14,428 nt of DNA from Ignavibacteria bacterium (lineage in GTDB: Bacteria; Elusimicrobiota; Endomicrobiia; PHAN01): assembly GCA_041694835.1 (NCBI GenBank), contig JBGFRZ010000074.1, positions 1 to 14,428 on the forward strand, in the 5' to 3' direction. Shown one piece after another: positions 1 through 7,429 of the stretch (the first letter of the stretch is position 1; the number at the start of each line of letters is the position of its first letter). Position numbers and translations under genes: made by a program. The notes beneath the pieces are model-generated. The model did no database searches. It saw nothing but the letters and a program-made list of their open reading frames with translations, and had not been told where the DNA came from.

Positions 1-106
1 AAAAGTTTGAGAGAAAATTCAGAAATTGAAAGAACTGTCAGCAATTTTTCAAACATAAATTGCTAAACCTACCGGCTAAATGGCGCTGGCTTTGCTAAAT
101 ACTGAC

Positions 107-121
107 TTTTTCAACACTCTC
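107..121. mobile_element. Terminal inverted repeat (right end) of an IS/MITE whose other end lies outside the window
   Basis: TTTTTCAACACTCTC is identical to 13198-13212, the right end of the 176-bp MITE, and both copies are followed by RTAAT (19/20 match over 107-126 vs 13198-13217). Confidence 0.55.
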
Positions 122-210
122 GTAATAAAAAAACGCTTTATAAAAAGAGGCGTATAAAAGACAAACAGTCGGGTAATAATGTTACGATTTATAGTTTGCA
201 AACATATTCA

Positions 211-1092
211 ATGTGCAAAGATGATTTTATTAACAAAATAATTTGCGGTGATTCACTAAAACTTATCAAAGAAATGCCGGAAAATTTTGTCAACTTAATT
301 ATAACAAGTCCACCATATTTTGGTTGCAGAGTTTATGGAACAGAAACCCTCGGGAGAGAAAAAAATCCTTTAGAATATGTCGATAATTTGTTGAAATATA
401 CCGATGAGATCAGGAGAATTTTACATAAGAATGGCTCGTTTTACTTAAATATAGGAGATGTTTATTTCGGGACGAAAGGATTTATTAGAAATAAGGGAAG
501 ATATGCAAGAAAAACGGACAGACACTATGGTGAGCATAAAATTGTAAAACCAGATGGAAAATATCTACAATACAAACAACTCTTAATGCTACCAGAAAGA
601 GTCGCTATCGGCATGCAAGAGCAAGGTTGGATTTTGCGCAATAAAATAATTTGGGAAAAACCCAATCCAGTTCCTTCTTATTCGCCAGATAGAAGGTATC
701 CTGTCTATGAGCACGTTTTTCATTTTGTGAAATCCCGGAAATATTATTTTGACCTAAACATTGCCAAGAAACTTGGCCAACATAGAGATATAATTAAATG
801 CAAAATAGAACCCTTCGGAGAGCATCAGGCATCTTTTCCCTTGTCCTTAATAAAACCTTTAATTTTAACCACCTCGAAGGAAAACGATATTGTTTTGGAC
901 CCCTATATGGGCAGTGGCACAGTTGCTGTTGCCTGTGTGGAATCAAATAGAAATTATATTGGATTTGAAATAAATGAGAAGTTTTGTAAATTGGCGGAAG
1001 AAAGATTGTTGAATTCAAAAAAAGCAATTGGAAACCAGTTGCCATTCAGGGAGATTTACAAAGGTGGAATTCATCACATTACAGACCGATAA
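211..1092 (+). CDS. Site-specific DNA methyltransferase, beta class, probably N4-cytosine
   Basis: Catalytic motif IV 'LIITSPPYF' lies N-terminal to SAM-binding motif I 'VLDPYMGSGT', with 'YIGFEIN' downstream and 'GWILRNKIIWEKPNP' in between. SPPY is typical of m4C MTases. The first ATG is at 211; the ORF track starts at TTG 196. Confidence 0.92.
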   Translation: MCKDDFINKIICGDSLKLIKEMPENFVNLIITSPPYFGCRVYGTETLGREKNPLEYVDNLLKYTDEIRRILHKNGSFYLNIGDVYFGTKGFIRNKGRYARKTDRHYGEHKIVKPDGKYLQYKQLLMLPERVAIGMQEQGWILRNKIIWEKPNPVPSYSPDRRYPVYEHVFHFVKSRKYYFDLNIAKKLGQHRDIIKCKIEPFGEHQASFPLSLIKPLILTTSKENDIVLDPYMGSGTVAVACVESNRNYIGFEINEKFCKLAEERLLNSKKAIGNQLPFREIYKGGIHHITDR

Positions 1093-2209
1093 TTCAAAAA
1101 AACTTTATTTTAACTACTTAAAAGCGGTGTGCTCATTGTCTAAATTATTTAGTGATAGTAAAATTCCATATCTATATTATAGAGCGGCGGAAAATATATT
1201 TTGTAAATCTTTCAATGCACAAAATCTTTCAAGAGATGATTTGGCATATGATGCTAAAAAAGATAATATCGGTTTTGGATTAAAAACTTTTACAGAAAAA
1301 GGTAAATATGCAACAGAAAAGATAGCGGAGTTTAATGCGTTCAGTAGAGAATTGAGAACTTTATCTGATAGAGCGATGGTCTTGCGACTTGCTAAATTAA
1401 GAAATGAAAGAATAGAATTCGCAAACAGAATTTATGGAATTGAAAAAAGCATCTACCATTGTATTGCTCGTGCGCCAAAGACGTTAAAAATATTTGAAAC
1501 TGGGTATGAACCAATTAATGGCAATGAAATAAAAAGTATAAAATCTTCAAATGCAGGTATACAATTTAAAGATAATAAAAATGAGTATTCTTTTAATTTT
1601 TCAAAGAGCACGTTATTTAAAAAGTTTGAAATTCCATCGACTTCCATTGATTTGCCGATAGGGATTATTGAAAACCCATATGAGTTAATTTTAACATTGT
1701 TTGAAAAAGGCGTTATAAAACAACCTGCTTTAGAGACCACGGGCAGAGATTTTATAATTCTGCCACTGTATTCAGTGAGAGAAAGTGAAAAAGGTAAAAA
1801 AGTAGTTGCCCGGAAGAGCGGTTTAAATCAATGGAATGCAGGTGGTAGAAAAAGAGATGTTGGCGAAGTTTATATTCCGATACCGATACAAATTCACAAA
1901 AACTTTCCTGATTTTTTACCGCCAAGAGAAAAACCATTTAATTTACATATTCCTACCGGTGAGATTTTAAATGCGAAAGTATGTCAAGAAAATTCAAAGG
2001 CGCTGATGACAAATCCCAATAGTGCTCTTTCAGATTGGTTGTTGCGAAAAGTGTTAAAATTGAAAGAAGGCGAAGTATTGACATATAAACGATTAAAACT
2101 TTTAGGCGTTGATAGTGTAAGATTGACAAGAATAGATGAGGGTAATTTTAAAATTGATTTCGCTAAAATTGACAGTTACGATAATTTCATTAGAGGCACG
2201 GGAGATTAA
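1064..2209 (+). CDS. Putative type II restriction endonuclease (N-terminal PD-(D/E)xK-like region, C-terminal NgoFVII/B3-like DNA-binding domain)
   Basis: Overlaps the MTase 3' end. GTG at 1064 is in frame and preceded by AGGGAG (1048-1053). 'AYDAKKDNIGFGLKTF' resembles a variant catalytic motif. The C-terminal 'KSGLNQWNAGGRKR..EVYIPIP...AKVCQENSKALMT...LSDWL' resembles, from memory, the C-terminal domain of NgoFVII/NgoAVII-type enzymes. Confidence 0.75.
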   Translation: MEFITLQTDNSKKLYFNYLKAVCSLSKLFSDSKIPYLYYRAAENIFCKSFNAQNLSRDDLAYDAKKDNIGFGLKTFTEKGKYATEKIAEFNAFSRELRTLSDRAMVLRLAKLRNERIEFANRIYGIEKSIYHCIARAPKTLKIFETGYEPINGNEIKSIKSSNAGIQFKDNKNEYSFNFSKSTLFKKFEIPSTSIDLPIGIIENPYELILTLFEKGVIKQPALETTGRDFIILPLYSVRESEKGKKVVARKSGLNQWNAGGRKRDVGEVYIPIPIQIHKNFPDFLPPREKPFNLHIPTGEILNAKVCQENSKALMTNPNSALSDWLLRKVLKLKEGEVLTYKRLKLLGVDSVRLTRIDEGNFKIDFAKIDSYDNFIRGTGD

Positions 2210-2302
2210 ATTGAAGATAGAGAAGTTTAGGGTGGGTTTTGATATTTTATCGTCGCAGGATTGACAGAAAAATTTGTGGTTTCGCAATCAATCGGAGATA
2301 CT

Positions 2303-3172
2303 ATGAAGATATTTCTTGACGGAAAATTTGTCGAAAAAGAAGAAGCGAAATTGTCTGTTTTCGACCATGGATTACTTTACGGCGACGGAGTCTTTGAGGG
2401 AATCCGCGCTTATCACGGCAGAGTTTTTAAACTTAGAGAACATATAGACCGCTTGTTTAACTCCGCTCGCGCAATAACACTTTCAATACCTTTAAGCAAG
2501 GAAGAAATAGAAAAATTAGTTTTGGAAACTTTGAGGATTAATAAACTCAAGGACGCCTATATAAGACTTGTCGTCACAAGGGGCGTCGGAGATCTTGGAT
2601 TGGATCCGAACAAATGTTCGAAGCCGACGATTTTCATAATAGCCGACAAAATAAAGCTCTATCCCGAAGAGTTTTATAAAAAGGGGCTTGAGATAGTAAT
2701 AGTTTCGACGAGAAGAAACATCCCCACCGCTATAAATCCGTGCATAAAATCGCTGAATTACTTAAACAACATTCTCGGAAAGATTGAAGCGAATAGAGCG
2801 GGAGTGCCTGAAGCCATAATGTTGAACTCAGAAGGATATGTGGCGGAATGCACAGGCGATAACATATTCATTCTGAAGGAACATACACTTCTGACACCCC
2901 CTGCATGGGCCGGAGCGCTCGATGGAATAACGCGACTGACTGTTATGGGACTTGCCAAAAACAAACTGAAACTTTTCGTAAAAGAGGATCTGATAACGCC
3001 TTATCATCTATACACCGCCGACGAATGTTTTCTTACGGGCACCGCCGCCGAAGTTATTCCCGTTACGAAGATAGATTCGCGAATGATAGGCGACGGTCTC
3101 CCCGGGAAAGTGACTTTGAATTTGATAAAAGAGTTTCACGAGTTAACCAAAACGACCGGTGTTCCGATATAA
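2303..3172 (+). CDS. ilvE: Branched-chain amino acid aminotransferase (PLP fold type IV)
   Basis: Motifs 'FDHGLLYGDGVFEGIRAY', 'IKSLNYLNN' (PLP lysine), 'EGYVAECTGDNIF', 'LDGITR' and 'ADECFLTGTAAEVIPV'. ATG 2303 is preceded by GGAG at 2294-2297. Confidence 0.95.
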   Translation: MKIFLDGKFVEKEEAKLSVFDHGLLYGDGVFEGIRAYHGRVFKLREHIDRLFNSARAITLSIPLSKEEIEKLVLETLRINKLKDAYIRLVVTRGVGDLGLDPNKCSKPTIFIIADKIKLYPEEFYKKGLEIVIVSTRRNIPTAINPCIKSLNYLNNILGKIEANRAGVPEAIMLNSEGYVAECTGDNIFILKEHTLLTPPAWAGALDGITRLTVMGLAKNKLKLFVKEDLITPYHLYTADECFLTGTAAEVIPVTKIDSRMIGDGLPGKVTLNLIKEFHELTKTTGVPI

Positions 3173-3174
3173 AT

Positions 3175-3579
3175 ATGCTGTGTGAGAGATGTAAGAAAAA
3201 CGAAGCGTCCGTTTTCATAGATGCCGAGATAAACGGCGATAAGATGAAATTTTCTCTCTGCCATGGGTGTGCGTTGAAGGATTTAAACATTAAAGTGTTT
3301 TTTGAGCACGCCATGCCGCTTCCTCCGAATGTTGATATTATATGCCCCGGATGTGGAATGTCTTATGCCAAAATCAGGAAACTAATGAGATTCGGATGCG
3401 CCCGATGCTACGACCTATTAGGCGATTACATACTTGAAAAACAAGATGCCGCAACGGATTCAACTACGCCACCTGACGACTACGAAGAATTGAAGAAGAA
3501 ACTTTCTTTGGCTGTCAAAAAAGAGGATTATGAGGAGGCGGCCAGGCTCCGCGACGAGATCACAAAATTAAAAAAATGA
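3175..3579 (+). CDS. mcsA: McsA, activator of the protein-arginine kinase (CxxC zinc motifs plus UVR domain), 134 aa
   Basis: True start 'MLCERCKKNEAS' is 2 nt after the ilvE stop. Four CxxC motifs (CERC, CHGC, CPGC, CARC) and a C-terminal UVR motif 'AVKKEDYEEAARLRDEI'. Directly upstream of mcsB. Confidence 0.88.
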   Translation: MLCERCKKNEASVFIDAEINGDKMKFSLCHGCALKDLNIKVFFEHAMPLPPNVDIICPGCGMSYAKIRKLMRFGCARCYDLLGDYILEKQDAATDSTTPPDDYEELKKKLSLAVKKEDYEEAARLRDEITKLKK

Positions 3580-4655
3580 AAATGTCGGAAAGCGTCCATG
3601 ATTTTGTTCTTAAAAACAAAGCCGTTTCGCGTAGTTCCAGAATACTCGTAGATACACGACTTAGGTATGCTCGCAATTTTAGCGAATATCCGTTCCCCTC
3701 GGCTATCGATAAAGCCCATGCCGAATCCGTCTGGTGTGTTGTTTCCGACGCTCTCGGCTCGTTCGATGTTTTTAAGAATGGCTACAAGTTTTATCTGCCG
3801 GATCTCGGGAGGACCGAGAGGATATTGCTTATAGAAAGAAGGGCGATTTCACCCGATATGCTTAAGTCGCGAATTCCGTCCGGAGCGATTTTGTCGGGCG
3901 ATGAAAGAATGTCCGCCCTTATCAACGAAGAGGACCATCTCAGATTAAGTGTTTTCGGCTCGGACGTCTTGTCTGAAGAAGGATTGTGCGCGAGCATCGA
4001 AGAGCTGAATTCCGTTGAAGCGCGATTGTCCGGGAGTTTTGATTTTGCCTATAGAAAAAAATACGGTTATCTGACTTCTTGCCCCACGAATCTCGGGAGC
4101 GGTTTAAGAATATCCGGGCTTTTCCATCTGGCTGGTCTAGTGCTCACAAAAAAGATAAATAAGTTTTTGGAAACCCTTGAGTCACGCGGGGTTGTCATAA
4201 GAGGATACTACGGCGAAAAAAGCAGATTTTTGGGAGATGTGTTTCAGATATCAAGCGGCGCCTCTGTCGATGAGAAAGAATCTTCGTCCCGGATGTCGGT
4301 TTTGTTTAGAAAAATCGAGAGTGAGGAGTTGAAAGCGAGGGAAGAGTTGAGCGCTCCCAAAAACAAGACCCGATGTGAGGATATAATTTACAGGAGCTTC
4401 GGGATACTTGAAAATGCCAGAATAATTTCGTTCGCGGAGGCTGTCTCGGTATTTTCACTTGTTCTATTGGGGAAACATCTTGGACTTGATATTCCTCTCG
4501 ACGAAGAAAATATACATCGCATGATGAGAAACACGCAGCCAGCCCACATTCAAATGTTCGCTGGAAAAGAGTTGAACTCAAAGATGAGGGATGAGTTCAG
4601 AGCGGAATATATTAGAAAGAGTTTAGGGGCGAGAGACGATAGCACAAGAGCATAA
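3576..4655 (+). CDS. mcsB: Protein-arginine kinase McsB
   Basis: ATP:guanido phosphotransferase motifs 'RLRYARNF', 'INEEDHLR' and 'YLTSCPTNLGSGLR', plus 'QPAHIQ' and the C-terminal RDxxRA motif ('RDEFRA'). ATGA overlap with mcsA. Confidence 0.92.
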   Translation: MKMSESVHDFVLKNKAVSRSSRILVDTRLRYARNFSEYPFPSAIDKAHAESVWCVVSDALGSFDVFKNGYKFYLPDLGRTERILLIERRAISPDMLKSRIPSGAILSGDERMSALINEEDHLRLSVFGSDVLSEEGLCASIEELNSVEARLSGSFDFAYRKKYGYLTSCPTNLGSGLRISGLFHLAGLVLTKKINKFLETLESRGVVIRGYYGEKSRFLGDVFQISSGASVDEKESSSRMSVLFRKIESEELKAREELSAPKNKTRCEDIIYRSFGILENARIISFAEAVSVFSLVLLGKHLGLDIPLDEENIHRMMRNTQPAHIQMFAGKELNSKMRDEFRAEYIRKSLGARDDSTRA

Positions 4656-4745
4656 GTGCATAAGTCACCTGTCATCCATCATTTCACTATTCACTATTTG
4701 CTATTTGCTATTCGCTGTCCTCCATTCTCTATCCGCTATTCTCTA
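4641..4745 (+). repeat. Composite short tandem repeat: 3 x 8-mer (WGCAYAAG) followed by ~9 x 7-mer (CTATTCN)
   Basis: AGCACAAG AGCATAAG TGCATAAG at 4641-4664. Then CATTTCA CTATTCA CTATTTG CTATTTG CTATTCG CTGTCCT CCATTCT CTATCCG CTATTCT CTA at 4680-4745. Confidence 0.85.
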
Positions 4746-4766
4746 AACTAAAAATTGGAGATAAAA

Positions 4767-7217
4767 ATGTCGCACAGATTTACGGAAAGAGCTCAAAAAG
4801 TGGTAAGCGCCGCTCAGTCCGAGGCCAGAAGATTGAATCACGACTATGTTGGAACTGAGCACCTTTTGTTGGCGCTTGTTTCCCTTGAAGACAGCGTTTC
4901 CGCAAGAGTTCTTACGAATCTCGACATCGACAGAAAGAGGGTAAAAAACGAGATAGAAAAGATAGTAGGAACCGGCGACAATGTGATGCTTATAGGAGAA
5001 ATCCCATTTAGCCCGCGCTCCAAGAAAGTACTTGAGTATGCCGTCGATGAGGCTCAGAAGATGAACCATACTTTTGTGGGCACGGAGCACATACTCCTCG
5101 GGATTTTGCGCGAGGGCGACGGCGTCGGAGCGAGGGTTCTTGAAACACTCGGGGCTAACCTTAATGATGTAAGGGAGGAAATAATTAATCTTATAGGAGG
5201 CGAGGAACAGGCAGAAACGCTTTACGGCGCAAAAAAACCAACCCAGAAGTCCAAAAGTCCGATACTAGAATCTTTTAGTCGTGATTTGACGCGCCTTGCG
5301 CGCGAAGACAAACTTGACCCCGTCATAGGAAGGACGAATGAAATAGAGCGTCTTGTCCAGATACTTTCCAGAAGGACGAAGAACAACCCTGTTTTGATTG
5401 GCGACCCCGGTGTCGGAAAAACAGCGATAGTCGAGGGCCTCGCCCAGATGATAGCCAACGGCGATGTCCCGGAGATTTTGATGGAAAAAAGGGTAATGAC
5501 ACTGGATCTCTCGGCGATAGTCGCTGGAACGAAGTATAGAGGGGAGTTCGAGCAGCGATTAAAAAGCATCATGGAGGAGATAAGACGCTCTAAGCAGAAC
5601 ATAATACTTTTTATCGACGAACTCCACACGGTTATAGGTGCTGGCGCGGCGGAGGGTTCGATAGATGCCTCTAACATGCTCAAGCCGGCGCTAGCTCGCG
5701 GAGAGCTTCAGTGCATAGGCGCGACGACCCTTGACGAATATCGTCGGCACATAGAGCACGATGCCGCCCTCGAAAGGAGGTTTCAGCCAATCGTTGTCGA
5801 CCCTCCTTCAGTCGAAGAGACGATAAGGATTCTGAAAGGCCTCAAGGATAAATACGAAAGTCATCACAAAGTAAAATACACTGACGACGCTCTGACTTCA
5901 GCCGCGGAACTTTCCGAAAGATACATATCCGACAGATACCTTCCCGATAAGGCCATAGATCTCATAGATGAGGCGGGGGCGAAGGCGCGTCTCAGTTCAA
6001 CGAATATTCCGGAGGAGTTGAAGAAGCTTGAGACCGTTCTTGAGGGAATCACGAAAGAAAAAGAGCTCAACATCGCATCTCAGAACTTTGAGGGTGCAGC
6101 GAAACTCAGGGACACGGAAAGGGAGCTCAAAAAAAATATAGAAGAAGAAAAAAAGAAATGGCGTCAGTCGAGAGATGAGATGAGGCCGTCGGTCTCATCC
6201 GACGACATAGCGTCGATTGTATCCAAATGGACGAACATCCCGGTTACGCGTCTCACCGAAAAAGAGCAGGAACTCCTTTTAAATCTCGAGGAGGAGATAC
6301 ATAAAAGGGTGATAGGCCAGGACGAGGCCGTAAAGGCGATATCTCGCGCGCTCAGGAGATCAAGGACCGGTCTCAAGGATCCTTACAAACCGATTGGGTC
6401 ATTCATGTTTTTGGGTCCAACGGGCGTTGGAAAGACTGAGCTCGCCAAGGCTCTGGCTTACGTTTTGTTCGGCGACGAAACCGCTCTTATAAGAATAGAT
6501 ATGTCGGAGTTTTCCGAAAAGTTTACCGTTTCACGACTCATAGGCGCTCCGCCGGGATATGTGGGGTACGATGAGGGCGGTCAGCTTACGGAGCAGGTGA
6601 GGAGGAGGCCGTATTCCGTAGTGCTTCTTGATGAGATAGAGAAATCTCACGCTGATGTTTTCAACATGCTTTTGCAGATTATGGATGCCGGCGCTCTCTC
6701 GGACAACCTCGGACACAGGGTCAACTTCAAAAACACGGTCATAATAATGACATCTAACGTCGGGGTGAAGCATCTTTTCAGCGGCAAATCGCTCGGGTTT
6801 TTGGTTCAGGAAAGCCATATTGACCAGAGCGTGATGAAAGAGACGATAACTGACGAGCTAAAAAAAGTTTTCAACCCTGAGTTTTTAAACAGGCTCGATG
6901 AAATAATAATATTCCATCCTTTGAGTAAATCCGATATAAGGAAAATTCTCGAGCTTCTCATCGACAAGGTCGACGACAGGATGAAAAAGATGAAGATAAA
7001 CCTGAAATTCACAAATAACGCCCTGGATTTTCTAATGGAAAAGGGCTTCGACCCGCAGTATGGAGCGCGCCCTCTGGCGAGAGTGATTCAGAGGTATCTC
7101 GAAGATCCGCTGGCAGATGAAATGCTCAAAAAAAACATCTCAATAAGCACGAAAGAAACGGCTGATGTTGTTGTGGATTACTCTGTCGAGGACAAAAAGC
7201 TAACTTTGAGAATTTGA
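4767..7217 (+). CDS. clpC: ATP-dependent Clp protease ATP-binding subunit ClpC
   Basis: Two Clp-N repeats ('YVGTEHLLL', 'FVGTEHILL'), two AAA+ modules (GDPGVGKT/LFIDE and GPTGVGKT/LLDE), a UVR-type middle domain ('FEGAAKLRD'), pore loop 'PPGYVG' and ClpP-docking 'LGF'. ATG 4767 follows GGAG. Confidence 0.96.
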   Translation: MSHRFTERAQKVVSAAQSEARRLNHDYVGTEHLLLALVSLEDSVSARVLTNLDIDRKRVKNEIEKIVGTGDNVMLIGEIPFSPRSKKVLEYAVDEAQKMNHTFVGTEHILLGILREGDGVGARVLETLGANLNDVREEIINLIGGEEQAETLYGAKKPTQKSKSPILESFSRDLTRLAREDKLDPVIGRTNEIERLVQILSRRTKNNPVLIGDPGVGKTAIVEGLAQMIANGDVPEILMEKRVMTLDLSAIVAGTKYRGEFEQRLKSIMEEIRRSKQNIILFIDELHTVIGAGAAEGSIDASNMLKPALARGELQCIGATTLDEYRRHIEHDAALERRFQPIVVDPPSVEETIRILKGLKDKYESHHKVKYTDDALTSAAELSERYISDRYLPDKAIDLIDEAGAKARLSSTNIPEELKKLETVLEGITKEKELNIASQNFEGAAKLRDTERELKKNIEEEKKKWRQSRDEMRPSVSSDDIASIVSKWTNIPVTRLTEKEQELLLNLEEEIHKRVIGQDEAVKAISRALRRSRTGLKDPYKPIGSFMFLGPTGVGKTELAKALAYVLFGDETALIRIDMSEFSEKFTVSRLIGAPPGYVGYDEGGQLTEQVRRRPYSVVLLDEIEKSHADVFNMLLQIMDAGALSDNLGHRVNFKNTVIIMTSNVGVKHLFSGKSLGFLVQESHIDQSVMKETITDELKKVFNPEFLNRLDEIIIFHPLSKSDIRKILELLIDKVDDRMKKMKINLKFTNNALDFLMEKGFDPQYGARPLARVIQRYLEDPLADEMLKKNISISTKETADVVVDYSVEDKKLTLRI

Positions 7218-7429
7218 AACAAATGAAAAAGAAAAAGGAAGAATCGTTATCAGAAAAATTGCCGGCAGAACATCCGAAGGAAACCAATCTTATAGAGGCT
7301 TACTTCAAAAGGTATGGTGTTTATTTTCCGAAGGACGTGATTAAAAAAGTCAGCGGGCACATAACTCTCACGCTCAGGGAAATATACAACACCATCAGAG
7401 GGGACAATTCTAAAGGCAAAAATGAGTAA
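7214..7429 (+). CDS. Small hypothetical protein (68-71 aa)
   Basis: Fills the clpC-tamB gap exactly: its TTG overlaps the clpC stop and its own stop overlaps the tamB start by 8 nt (alternative ATG at 7223). No motif recognised. Confidence 0.55.
   Translation: MKQMKKKKEESLSEKLPAEHPKETNLIEAYFKRYGVYFPKDVIKKVSGHITLTLREIYNTIRGDNSKGKNE

Noticed and set aside
1-59. 3' end of an upstream gene (frame 3, KFERKIQKLKELSAIFQT*)
   Set aside because: Too short to identify or to confirm as coding.
2261-2290. Promoter for the ilvE operon based on a perfect TTGACA at 2261
   Set aside because: There is no convincing -10 hexamer at 16-18 nt spacing.
2905-3174. N-terminal 90-aa extension of McsA in the ORF track
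   Set aside because: It overlaps ilvE in another frame; the McsA-like sequence begins at ATG 3175.
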